Shown here one piece after another: positions 25,201 through 36,590 of a DNA stretch of 64,000 bases. Below the pieces are notes generated by a model. That model had not been told where the DNA came from, did no database searches, and saw only the letters and a program-made list of their open reading frames with translations. Both the position numbers and the translations under genes were made by a program. The stretch covers positions 496,001-560,000 of the forward strand of contig NW_027193546.1 of the NCBI RefSeq assembly GCF_032444005.1, written 5' to 3'. How positions within the stretch are numbered: position 1 is the first letter of the stretch; the number at the start of each line of letters is the position of its first letter. The DNA is from Ranitomeya imitator (Eukaryota).

Positions 25201-28200
25201 ACTGATCATACAGCTGTGCGGGGAGGAGGTGATTTCTCTGATCATACAGCTCTGCAGGGAGGAGGTGGTGGTACTGATCATACAGCTGTGCGGGGAGGAG
25301 GTGATTTCTCTGATCATACAGCTCTGCAGGGAGGAGGTGGTGACACTGATCATACAGCTCTGCGGGGAGGAGGTGGTGGCACTGATCATACAGCTCTGCG
25401 GGGAGGAGTTGGTGGCACTGATCATACAGCTCTGCGGGGAGGAGGTGGTGGCACTGATCATACAGCTCTGCGGGGAGGAGGTGATTTCTCTGATCATACA
25501 GCTCTGCAGGGAGGAGGTGGTGGCTCTGATCATACAGCTCTGCGGGGAGGAGGTGGTGGCTCTGATCATACAGCTCTGCGGGGAGGAGGTGGTGGTACTG
25601 ATCATACAGCTGTGCGGGGAGGAGGTGATTTCTCTGATCATACAGCTCTGCGGGGAGGAGGTGGTGGCTCTGATCATACAGCTCTGCGGGGAGGAGGTGG
25701 TGGCTCTGATCATACAGCTCTGCGGGGTGGAGGTGATTTCTCTGATCATACAGCTCTGCGGGGTGGAGGTGGTGGCACTGATTATACAGCTCTGCGGGGA
25801 GGAAGTGGTGGCTCTGATCATACAGCTCTGCGGGGGAGAAGGTGGTGGCACTGATCATACAGCTCTGCGGGGTGGAGGTGATTTCTCTGATCATACAGCT
25901 CTGCAGGGAGGAGTAGGTGGTGGCACTGATGATACAGCTCTGCGGGGAGGAGGTGGTGGCACTGATCATACAGCTCTGCGGGGTGGAGGTGATTTCTCTG
26001 ATCATACAGCTCTGCAGGGAGGAGTAGGTGGTGGCACTGATGATACAGCTCTGCGGGGAGGAGGTGGTGGCACTGATCATACAGCTCTGCGGGGAGGAGG
26101 TGGTGGCTCTGATCATACAGCTCTGCGGGGAGGAGGTGATTTCTCTGATCATACAGCTCTGCAGGGAGGAGGTGGTGGCTCTGATCATACATCTCTGCGG
26201 GGAGGAGGTGGTGGCACTGATCATACAGCTCTGCGGGGAGGAGGTGATGGCACTGATCATACAGCTCTGCGGGGAGGAGGAGGTGGCTCTGATCATACAG
26301 CTCTGCGGGGAGGAGGAGGTGGCACTGATCATACAGCTCTGCGGGGAGGAGGTGGTGGCACTGATCATACAGCTCTGCGGGGAGGAGGTGGTGGCACTGA
26401 TCATACAGCTCTGCGGGGAGGAGTTGGTGGCACTGATTATACAGCTCTGCGGGGAGAGGGTGGTGGCTCTGATCATACAGCTCTGCGGGGAGGAGGTGGT
26501 GGCTCTGATCATACAGCTCTGCGGGGTGGAGGTGATTTCTCTGATCATACAGCTCTGCGGGGTGGAGGCACTGATTATACAGCTCTGCGGGGAGGAAGTG
26601 GTGGCTCTGATCATACAGCTCTGCGGGGGAGAAGGTGGTGGCACTGATCATACAGCTCTGCGGGGTGGAGGTGATTTCTCTGATCATACAGCTCTGCAGG
26701 GAGGAGTAGGTGGTGGCACTGATGATATAGCTCTGCGGGGAGGAGGTGGTGGCACTGATCATACAGCTCTGCGGGGTGGAGGTGATTTCTCTGATCATAC
26801 AGCTCTGCAAGGAGGAGTAGGTGGTGGCACTGATGATACAGCTCTGCGGGGAGGAGGTGGTGGCACTGATCATACAGCTCTGCGGGGAGGAGGTGGTGGC
26901 TCTGATCATACAGCTCTGCGGGGAGGAGGTGGTGGCTCTGATCATGCAGCTCTGCGGGGAGGAGGTGGTGGCACTGATCATACAGCTGTGCGGGGAGGAG
27001 GTGGTGGCACTGATCATACAGCTCTGCGGGGAGGAGGTGGTGGCTCTGATCATACAGCTCTGCGGGGAGGAGGTGGTGGTACTGATCATACAGCTGTGCG
27101 GGGAGGAGGTGATTTCTCTGATCATACAGCTCTGCAGGGAGGAGGTGGTGGCTCTGATCATACAGCTCTGCGGGGAGGAGGAGGTGGCACTGATCATACA
27201 GCTCTGCGGGGAGGAGGTGGTGGCACTGATCATACAGCTCTGCGGGGAGGAGGTGGTGGCACTGATCATACAGCTCTGCGGGGAGGAGGTGGTGGCACTG
27301 ATCATACAGCTCTGCGGGGAGGAGGAGGTGGCACTGATCATACAGCTCTGCGGGGAGGAGGTGGTGGCACTGATCATACAGCTCTGCGGGGAGGAGGTGG
27401 TGGCACTGATCATACAGCTCTGCGGGGAGGAGGAGGTGGCACTGATCATACAGCTCTGCGGGGAGGAGGTGGTGGCACTGATCATACAGCTCTGCGGGGA
27501 GGAGGTGGTGGCACTGATCATACAGCTCTGCGGGGAGGAGGTGGTGGCACTGATCGTACAGCTCTGCGGGGAGGAGGTGGTGGCACTGATCATACAGCTC
27601 TGCAGGGAGGAGGTGGTGGCACTGATCATACAGCTCTGCGGGGAGAAGGTGTTGGCACTGATCATACAGGTCTCCGGGGAGGAGGTGATTTCTCTGATCA
27701 TACAGCTCTGCAGGGAGGAGGAGGTTATGGCTCTGATCATACAGGTCTGAGGGGAGTAGGTGGTGGCTCTGATCATACAGCTCTGCGGGGAGAGGGTGGT
27801 GGCACTGATCATACAGCTCTGCGGGGAGGAGGTGATGGCTCTGATCCTACAGCTCTGCGGGGAGAATGTGGTGGCTCTGATCATACAGCTCTGCGGGGAG
27901 AAGGTGGTGGCACTGATCATACGGCTCTCCGGGGAGGAGGTGATTTCTCTGATCATACAGCTCTGCGGGGAGGAGGTGGTGGCTCTGATCATACAGCTCT
28001 GCAGGGAGGAGGTGGTGGCTCTGATCATACAGCTCTGCGGAGAGGAGGTGGTGGCTCTGATCATGCAGCTCTGCGGGGAGGAGGTGGTGGCACTGATCAT
28101 ACAGCTCTGCGGGGAGGAGGTGGTGGCACTGATTATACAGCTCTGCGGGGAGGAGGTGGTGGCACTGATTATACAGCTCTGCGGGGAGGAGGTGGTGGCA

Positions 28201-29856
28201 CTGATTATACAGCTCTGCGGGGAGAGGGTGGTGGCTCTGATCATACAGCTCTGCGGGGAGGAGGTGGTGGCTCTGATCATACAGCTCTGCGGGGTGGAGG
28301 TGATTTCTCTGATCATACAGCTCTGCGGGGTGGAGGTGGTGGCACTGATTATACAGCTCTGCGGGGAGGAAGTGGTGGCTCTGATCATACAGCTCTGCGG
28401 GGGAGAAGGTGGTGGCACTGATCATACAGCTCTGCGGGGTGGAGGTGATTTCTCTGATCATACAGCTCTGCAGGGAGGAGTAGGTGGTGGCACTGATGAT
28501 ACAGCTCTGCGGGGAGGAGGTGGTGGCACTGATCATACAGCTCTGCGGGGAGGAGGTGGTGGCTCTGATCATACAGCTCTGCGGGGAGGAGGTGGTGGCT
28601 CTGATCATGCAGCTCTGCGGGGAGGAGTTGGTGGCACTGATCATACAGCTGTGCGGGGAGGAGGTGGTGGCACTGATCATACAGCTCTGCGGGTAGGAGG
28701 TGGTGGCTCTGATCATACAGCTCTGCGGGGAGGAGGTGGTGGCTCTGATCATACAGCTCTGCGGGGAGGAGGTGGTGGTACTGATCATACAGCTGTGCGG
28801 GGAGGAGGTGATTTCTCTGATCATACAGCTCTGCAGGGAAGAGGTGGTGGCTCTGATCATACAGCTCTGCGGGGAGGAGGAGGTGGCACTGATCATACAG
28901 CTCTGCGGGGAGGAGGTGGTGGCACTGATCATACAGCTCTGCGGGGAGGAGGTGGTGGCACTGATCATACAGCTCTGCGGGGAGGAGGTGGTGGCACTGA
29001 TCATACAGCTCTGCGGGGAGGAGGAGGTGGCACTGATCATACAGCTCTGCGGGGAGGAGGTGGTGGCACTGATCATACAGCTCTGCGGGGAGGAGGTGGT
29101 GGCACTGATCATACAGCTCTGCGGGGAGGAGGTGGTGGCACTGATCATACAGCTCTGCGGGGAGGAGGTGATTTCTCTGATCATACAGCTCTGCAGGGAG
29201 GAGGTGGTGGTACTGATCATACAGCTGTGCGGGGAGGAGGTGATTTCTCTGATCATACAGCTCTGCAGGGAGGAGGTGGTGGCACTGATCATACAGCTCT
29301 GCGGGGAGGAGGTGGTGGCACTGATCATACAGCTCTGCGGGGAGGAGGTGGTGGCTCTGATCATACAGCTCTGCGGGGAGGAGGAGGTGGCACTGATCAT
29401 ACAGCTCTGCGGGGAGGAGATGGTGGCTCTGATCATACAGCTCTGCGGGGAGGAGGTGGTGGCTCTGATCATACAGCTCTGCGGGGAGGAGGAGGTGGCA
29501 CTGATCATACAGCTCTGCGGGAAGGAGGTGGTGGCACTGATGATACAGCTCTGCGGGGAGGAAGTGATGGCACTGATCATACAGCTCTGCGGGGAGGAGA
29601 TGGTGGCTCTGATCATACAGCTCTGTGGGGAGGAGGTGGTGGCTCTGATCATACAGCTCTGCGGGGAGGAAGTGATGGCACTGATCATACAGCTCTGCGG
29701 GGAGGAGGTGGTGGCACTGACGATACAGCTCTGCGGGGAGGAAGTGGTGGCACTGATCATACAGCTCTGCGGGGAGGAGGTGGTGGCACTGATCATACAG
29801 CTCTGCGGGGAGGAGGTGGTGGCACTGATCATACAGCTCTGCGGGGAGGAGGTGGT

Positions 29857-29872
29857 GGCTCTTATAAGAGCC
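29857..29872 (-). terminator. H1 3' stem-loop (GGCTCT-TATA-AGAGCC), followed on the minus strand by ACCAC and HDE AGAGCTGTA (first satellite unit)
   Basis: Canonical 6-bp stem with AAA 5' flank, 28 nt past the H1 stop; it is an RNA processing signal rather than a true terminator. Confidence 0.96.
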
Positions 29873-29900
29873 TTTGTGGTAACAGAACAGGGGCTGCAGC

Positions 29901-30539
29901 TTATTTCTTAGCCGCGGGCTTCTTGGCTTTCGCAGCCTTCTTAGCCGGACTCTTGGCGGGTTTGGCCGCCTTCTTAGCCGGACTCTTCGTCACCTTCTTG
30001 GGCTTGGGAGCGGCTTTCGGCTTCTTGGGGCTCTTGGCCGCTTTCTTGGCCGCTGCGGGCTTCTTGGCCTTTTTCGGGCTCTTCTTGGCCGCAGTCGGAG
30101 CCTTCTTGGGCTTCTTCGGAGATTTGGCGGCTTTCTTGGCAGCAGCGGGTTTCTTAGGTTTGGCCGCAGCTGCTGGCTTCGTCTTGGCCACTTTGTCCTT
30201 CGTCTCCTGCTTCTTGTTCAGCTTGAAGGACCCGGAGGCGCCGCTGCCTTTCACCTGGAGGAGGGCGCCCTTGGTGACCAGAGCCTTGACGGCCAGCTTC
30301 AGGCGGCTGTTGTTCTTCTCTACATCGTATCCTCCAGCAGACAGAGCCTTCTTCAGGGCGGCCAGAGACACCCCGCTGCGCTCCTTGGAGGCGGACACGG
30401 CTTTCACGATCAGCTCGGAGACGCTGGGGCCGGAGGGTTTATTGCTCTTCTTGGCAGCAGATTTCTTCGGCTGCTTCTTGGATTTGGCGGCCGGTTCTGC
30501 GGGAGGGGGAGCGGCGGCTGGCGCGGTCTCTGCCATCAT
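29901..30539 (-). CDS. H1: Linker histone H1, somatic replication-dependent type, 212 aa (true start may be the second Met)
   Basis: Globular domain [30 protein letters not shown]...[11 protein letters not shown]; K/A/P-rich tail; intronless; stem-loop. Confidence 0.99.
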   Translation of the reverse strand: MMAETAPAAAPPPAEPAAKSKKQPKKSAAKKSNKPSGPSVSELIVKAVSASKERSGVSLAALKKALSAGGYDVEKNNSRLKLAVKALVTKGALLQVKGSGASGSFKLNKKQETKDKVAKTKPAAAAKPKKPAAAKKAAKSPKKPKKAPTAAKKSPKKAKKPAAAKKAAKSPKKPKAAPKPKKVTKSPAKKAAKPAKSPAKKAAKAKKPAAKK

Positions 30540-30610
30540 GTGCTGCTGAAGCTAAATGAAAATATTTCCTGATAGGAAGGAAAACACTGAGGCCGGAGCT
30601 GGAGGCGCCT

Positions 30611-30745
30611 GTTATATGTGCAGGCTTACTGCGCACTGATTGGCTGCTGAGCAGCACCGTCCTGAGCTTCTATTGGCTGACACTGGACACAGGCCCCGCC
30701 CCCTCCCAGCTGAGTCCGAGTGAAGCTCCGCTCTCCCCTTGTGCT
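30611..30745 (-). promoter_or_regulatory. H1 promoter: TATA (CATATAA), two CCAAT boxes (30639, 30672), GC box (about 30694), degenerate H1 AC-box (AAGCACA)
   Basis: Motif order and spacing upstream of the H1 ATG. Confidence 0.8.
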
Positions 30746-31540
30746 TCCCTGCCCGGGATAAAAGCCCTTTACCGGCTAACACCGGACAGCAGAGCGCGAT
30801 TCCTCCGTCGCCTCCCCTTCTCCAACATCTCCACCGGCCATTTGTAGCCGTCACTAGCAGAGATGCCGGGAAAGAGCGGAGAGGAAATCCCGGGATCATC
30901 GCCGCCGTCCTCCCGATCTGCACCTCACTGTGTATCCGGGGAGATAAATCTGCTGCGGGAGCTCGTTCCTCCTATTCCCGGCTCCTGTCACCATCACAGG
31001 GATCTTTACTCCTATGTCTATCGCACAGGAAGCTGATTGTACGATGTGGGGACGAGCTGGAGCTGCTGACAACCCAGAAGGGTAACACAGGCGACGGCCT
31101 CCGCTGACTGCCACCTCCCTGACCTGTGGTGTCACTGTACCCCGTATGTGCATAGGATTGGGGGGACACGTGTTCCACATCAGTAGATGATCCACATCGG
31201 TGGCTGATTGCAATCACCTGCCTGATATCGTGTCTTACCCAGTGTGAAGCTGTGACCGCTGCGGCCTGTCATGGTGCGAAGAGCTCTGATGAGGCGACAG
31301 CTGCACACTGCGACTCCCCAACCAAACACATAAACATCTCCGGGGAGAAAACTGAAATATTAATGGATTTATGTGACCCCCACTATTGTGTAAAAGGGGA
31401 ATATTGGGAGAAAAGCGGAGACACAAAATCCAGCGTCTACACAGAGAACACAGCTGTACATAGTATATATAGTGCACAACATCACATCTGCACAGCCCAG
31501 ATCAGCAGTGTAATAAGTGTCACTGATACTAGAGGAGAGG

Positions 31541-31748
31541 GTACAGTATATACAGCAGAGTGTACAGTATATACAGCAGAGTACACAGTATATAGAGCAG
31601 AGTGTACAGTATATACAGCAGTGTGCACAGTATATAGAGCCAGTGTGTACAGTACATACAGCAGTGTGTACAGTATATAGAGCAGTGTGTAAAGTATATA
31701 CAGCAGTGTGTACAATTTATAGACCAGAGTGTACAGTATATAGAGCAG
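31541..31748. repeat. 21-bp minisatellite, about 10 copies (GTACAGTATATACAGCAGAGT)
   Basis: Direct periodicity; 7-aa repeat VQYIQQS in the ORF track. Confidence 0.93.
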
Positions 31749-32124
31749 TCTCCCCTCTCTTCTTCTTTCTCTCTCTCTCCCTCTTTCTTAATCTCTATTT
31801 CTCTCTCCTCTCTTTCATTATTTCCTTCTCTCCTTTCTCTCTTCGCTCTCCTCTCTTTCTTTCTCTCTTCTTTTTTCTCTAAATCTTTCTCTCACTCTTA
31901 CTCTTTCTCCCTTTCTATTTCTCTCTCTCCCTCTCTTTCCCTTGCTTTCTCTTTTTCTTACTTTATATCTATCTCTCTCCTTCTCTCTTTCTTTATCTCT
32001 CTTCTCTCTACTTCTCCCTCTCTCTCTTTATGTCTCTTTGTCTCTCTCTTTCTCCCTTTCTTTCTCTCTATCTCCTTCTTTCTCATTCTCTCTCTTTCAC
32101 TTTATCTCTCTCTTTCTCTCTCTC
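31749..32124. repeat. Polypyrimidine (TC-rich) low-complexity tract
   Basis: About 375 bp of almost only C/T. Confidence 0.95.
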
Positions 32125-32429
32125 AGGGAGAGATTATCAATCCTTCATGTCAGCAGTGCACCTCTCCAAAATGAGGCAGATGTACAAGATTTTCTAGGCA
32201 CCGCCATCTGCACGTGGGGTGCTGCTGTAATCCCTGTCATCATCCTCGTTTTTCCTCTCCACGTTTCCATATCCAGCCAAGTGATCGCTGGGCCCAGTAT
32301 TCTCATCAGCATTGCCGATACTTCGAGCTGTAGCAAAGGAGAAGGCACAAGTGATGATAACCCGCCTCTATGTGCCCTCAAGTGTCTCCGCTGTGGTGCG
32401 GGATGATATGCTATGGAAGGTTAATAATC

Positions 32430-33128
32430 AATAATTGTGTCCTTCCTACAGGCTCTGGTGCCCCATGGAATGAAAGGTTTCCCCAGGAGGGCGGTGGTAA
32501 AGATGTTTAATGACTTGCTAAGGAATGGTCGCATGCAAAAACTCCAAGACTCGGACACCGTGCTGTCCCAGATTTTGGAGATGACGTGCAGTGACTTGGA
32601 TTGGGAGGTGAAGGTGAACGCATTGGACCTGGCACATTCCTATATGTCCCAAACATTGGAGATGGGACCGTCCCTAACGTGCCCTTACACTATAGGGCTG
32701 CCATCTAGCAGAAGCTCAGGTTCCATCTCCGACGCTCTGGTTACATGTGAATGAGTCGGGCTTTTTCCGGCCTTATTGACTTGTCTGTGTGACTGTGACC
32801 GGTCAGTGGCATCAAAGGCGTGTGAAATCCTGCTCGCTGTGAAGCCCAAACTGTGCAATGGGGACACTGATCCCTCCGAAGAGTATGGAAGAGACTGGCT
32901 GGAGCACACGATAAAAGAGAAGCAAATGGCAGGCGGGGACGGTGCTGGGGCCGGCAGGGTCGCCCACCAGATTGGGCCACTGGTGTCATACAGAAGATGG
33001 ATTTGGATAACATAAAATGTCCCCTTCCGAAAAACAGCGATCATGTACACGAAACTCCCCGGTCACTGCTGCAGGACGTCAAAGCAACCTTATGGGGGGA
33101 AGAAATGCACGATGCAGATTGCTACTGA
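32430..33128 (+). pseudogene. BRAT1: BRAT1 C-terminal fragment, copy A (in-frame TGA at 32752-32754, frameshift near 32950)
   Basis: GFPRRAV, DLDWEVK, CPYTIGLP, CDCDRPVASKAC, SLLQD and terminal DADCY* match my recollection of the BRAT1 C-terminus (EGFPRRAV...DLDWEVR...DCDRPVAQKSC...SLLQD...EADCY). Confidence 0.88.
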
Positions 33129-33305
33129 TGCGGAAGTTTATGGTACTTTTCTGCTGCAGATTTCACTGCGGAAATGCCTTTTGTGCTGTAATTTGTAGTG
33201 GATCCAACCTGTGTTTTTCTTTTTTTACTACAGTGCCCTACTGGGACCCAGAAGCCCTCCTGGCCATCCAACTGCTACTCAGGCGCCAATTTCTAAGAAA
33301 GATTT

Positions 33306-33614
33306 ATCTCCTCTCTTTCTTTCTCTTTCTCTAAATCTTTCTCTCACTCTTACCCTTTTCCCCTTTCTATTTCTCTCTCACCCTCTCTTTCTCTTGCTTT
33401 CTCTTTCTCTTTTTTCTCACTTTATCTCTATCTTTCTCTCTCCTTGTCTCTTTCTTCATCTCTATTTCTTCTCTCTCTACTTATCNNNNNNNNNNNNNNN
33501 NNNNNNNNNNNNNNNNNNNNNNNNNNNNNNNNNNNNNNNNNNNNNNNNNNNNNNNNNNNNNNNNNNNNNNNNNNNNNNNNNNNNNNNNNNNNNNNNNNNN
33601 NNNNNNNNNNNNNN
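33306..33614. repeat. Second TC-rich tract, partly N-masked (33486-33614)
   Basis: C/T only; the equivalent 57496-57802 is fully resolved. Confidence 0.9.
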
Positions 33615-33922
33615 CCCAGGGAGAGATGATCAATCCTTCATGTCAGCAGTGCACCTCTCCAAAATGAGGCAGATGTACTAGATTTTCCAGGCACCGCCAT
33701 CTGTACGTGCGGTGCTGCTGTAATCCCTGTCATCATCCTCGTTTTTCCTCTCCACGTTTCCATATCCAGCCAAGTGATCGCTGGGCCCAGTATTCTCATC
33801 AGCATTGCCGATACTTCGAGCTATAGCTAAGGAGAAGGCACAAGTGATGATAACCCGCCTCTATGTGCCCTCAAGTGTCTCCGCTGTGGTGCGGGATGAT
33901 ATGCTATGGAAGGTTAATAATC

Positions 33923-34622
33923 AATAATTGTGTCCTTCCTACAGGCTCTGATGCCCCATGTAATGAAAGGTTTCCCCAGGAGGGCGGTGGTAAAGGTGTT
34001 TACTAACTTGCTAAGGAATGGTCGCATGCAAAAACTCCAAGACTCGGACACCGTGCTGTCCCAGATTTTGGAGATGACGTGCAGTGACTTGGATTGGGAG
34101 GTGAAGGTGAACGCATTGGACCTGGCACATTCCTATATGTCCCAAACATTGGAGATGGGACCGTCCCTAACGTGCCCTTACACTATAGGGCTGCCATCTA
34201 GCAGAAGTTCAGGTTCCATCTCCGACGCTCTGGTTACATGTGAATGAGTCGGGCTTTTTCCGGCCTTATTGACTTGTCTGTGTGACTGTGACCGGCCAGT
34301 GGCATCAAAGGCGTGTGAAATACTTCTCGCTGTGAAGCCCAATCTGTGCAATGGGGACACTGATCCCTCCGAAGAGTATGGAAGAGACTGGCTGGAGCAC
34401 ACGATAAAAGAGAAGCAAATGGCAGGCGGGGACGGTGCTGGGGACCGGCAGGGTCGCCCACCAGAATGGGCCACTGGGGTCATAAAGAAGATGGATTTGG
34501 ATAACATAAAATGTTCCCTGCCGAAATACAGCGATTATGTACACGAGACTCCCCGGTCACTGCTGCAGGACGTCAAAGCCACCTTATGGGGGGAAGAAAT
34601 GCACGATGCAGATTGCTACTGA
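33923..34622 (+). pseudogene. BRAT1: BRAT1 C-terminal fragment, copy B (single in-frame TGA at 34245-34247, otherwise open to DADCY*)
   Basis: ORFs 33930-34247 and 34269-34622 are in the same frame; 1,493-bp tandem duplicate of copy A. Confidence 0.88.
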
Positions 34623-35261
34623 TGCGGAAGTTTAAGGGACTTTTCTGCTGCAGATCTCATTGCGGAAATGCCTTTTGTGCTGTGATTTGTAGTGGATCCA
34701 ACCTGTTTTTTTCCTACAGTGTCCTACTGGGACCCAGAAGCCCTCCTGGCCATCCGACAGCTACTCAGGCCCCAATTTCGAAGAAGCACGTCCTGGTTAT
34801 AAGAAAGCAAATGCCTTTGGCACTATAGAGGGTGATGTAGTAGGGATTATTTTTCTATTTTGGTTTGCTTCCAGTACAGTTTTCACATTAAATCAGAACA
34901 ATTAAAGAAAACAAACAAAAAAAAAACACGGCACATTCCTGTAATTTTGAATTAAAGCATAACATTTTATATAAACAATGCATAAAAATGTGTCTTTCTG
35001 GGTTGTGATTGGTACATGAGGTAATGGCATAAATTAACATTCAATCACCTGATGTTGATATGATGAAAAATCTCTCCTAATTTCACTTGCTGCTTTCAAC
35101 CGTGTATTGGGATTAACTGTGGGGGCATCATACATTGTGGAGAGTATGATCCACTCTGATCTGGCATGGTCATGACAATAGTCGGGATACCTGCCGCTAC
35201 AGGGAAGGAAATTGTATATAATAAAGAAGCTGGAAAAATAATTGCAGAAACTGTACAATGG

Positions 35262-35400
35262 GCGGGAAATTCAAACTTCCCAACAGTTCTGTGTTCAGCC
35301 AATCAGCAGAGTAAGGGAGGAGCTAATGATTCTGTAAGCCCCGCCCCGGATAGCGTCATCTCTCCAGTTCTCTCTCTGGTCCATTCTTCCTCCATATAAA
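35262..35400 (+). promoter_or_regulatory. H4 promoter: GCGGGAAATTCAAA (E2F/CHR-like), CCAAT (35299), GC box, GGTCC, TATAAA (35395)
   Basis: Motifs read directly; GGTCC before TATA is typical of H4 promoters. Confidence 0.85.
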
Positions 35401-35442
35401 GGAGCAGTCCCTGAGGCTCAGGAATCAGTTTTTGCTCATTGA

Positions 35443-35763
<321 letters not shown>

Positions 35764-35793
35764 TTGTGTTCTCTTCTGTCCTCACAACCCAAA

Positions 35794-35809
35794 GGCTCTT
35801 TTCAGAGCC
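35794..35809 (+). terminator. H4 3' stem-loop GGCTCTTTTCAGAGCC + ACCCA; HDE-like GAGGGCTG downstream
   Basis: Exact canonical stem-loop. Confidence 0.97.
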
Positions 35810-36590
35810 ACCCACATCTTCTAAGTGAGGGCTGCACCTGACTGCTAGGATCTGATTTCTCTGCTTTGGTGATGTCGCTGTAATGTTAGAACACTCATCG
35901 GTGCCAACGTTACGCTCCGAATACTGAATAGTCCCAAGGATATCCTGACGTGGAAAGACTAAACGGCTTACCCGAAGCAGATCCCTCTACAGCTCTAATC
36001 AGGGGGGTGTTCAGGGCGGTTTCCAAATGTAGGTTAATATTCTGTCTAGACATTTAATATCCTGTTCTTATTGGGCGCTGATTAGTAGATTTATGGGGGA
36101 TATATATCCGCACTGGGCCGCAGTGATAATTTCCTGATCAGATCCGTGTACAGGGAATGTGGCTGTAGGAGGCAGCTGGATAGATGGACGCCCTGTGTGT
36201 CATCACATAGGGTACGGAGACTCCTATGTGATGACCACGTCCTGGACACTAATGTTTCGGGTGGATGGCGCCTCTGAAGACTATTATAACCTCCTCAGAA
36301 TAATGATGGGCTGTTTGAGGTCTGATAGCCACGGCTGCGCGTTTTGAGGTCCTGTCATGTATTTATATATATCCGGTGTGTGCAGTGTATGGGGGGACAC
36401 AGGTGTTGGTTCTGTTCCCTACAGCTCCTGTCCTGTATATGTATATACAAAGCGTATACATTGTGTGCAGTGTATGGGGGACACAGCGCTGCCGGGGCCT
36501 GGGGTGAAGGTGCCGCATCTGTGGATACTCTGGTAAAGAAAAGATCAGCTGGAAAACGGCACGTAAGGAGTTAAACGGGAGAGGAAAGAC

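Larger units (their letters stand above)
1..29862. repeat. 36-bp satellite array 1 (consensus GTGGTGGCACTGATCATACAGCTCTGCGGGGAGGAG), about 680 units excluding three CR1 insertions; open at the window start, ends in the H1 stem-loop
   Basis: 12-aa periodicity in all open frames (VVALIIQLCGEE / GGGGGTDHTALR / SATTSSPQSCMI); recurrent 37- and 39-bp variants; unit count estimated from length/36. Confidence 0.99.

Noticed and set aside
1-29862. CRISPR-like array or prokaryotic origin
   Set aside because: Repeats are head-to-tail with no unique spacers, there are no cas genes, and the context is vertebrate histone genes and LINEs.
1-29862. GGAGGTGGTGG similarity to Chi (GCTGGTGG) and the human minisatellite core
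   Set aside because: Short G-rich match expected by chance; the sequence is better explained as the complement of the H1 ACCAC-CTCC flank.
21-29911. Dozens of 200-1200 aa ORFs on both strands across the satellite (Gly-rich, VVALIIQLCGEE, SSPQSCMISATT, PAELYDQCHHLL)
   Set aside because: A 36-bp unit without stops in four frames yields overlapping ORFs automatically; frames switch at 37-bp units; many starts are GTG/TTG; no promoter or unique coding flank.
27760-30549. Satellite-to-antisense-H1 fusion ORF (also 50934-54737)
   Set aside because: The antisense frame of Lys/Ala/Pro-rich H1 is commonly open; it is a shadow ORF.
31541-31748. 21-bp minisatellite as the ancestor of the 36-bp satellite
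   Set aside because: Only 7 bp (ATACAGC) are shared; the H1 3' end explains the whole monomer.
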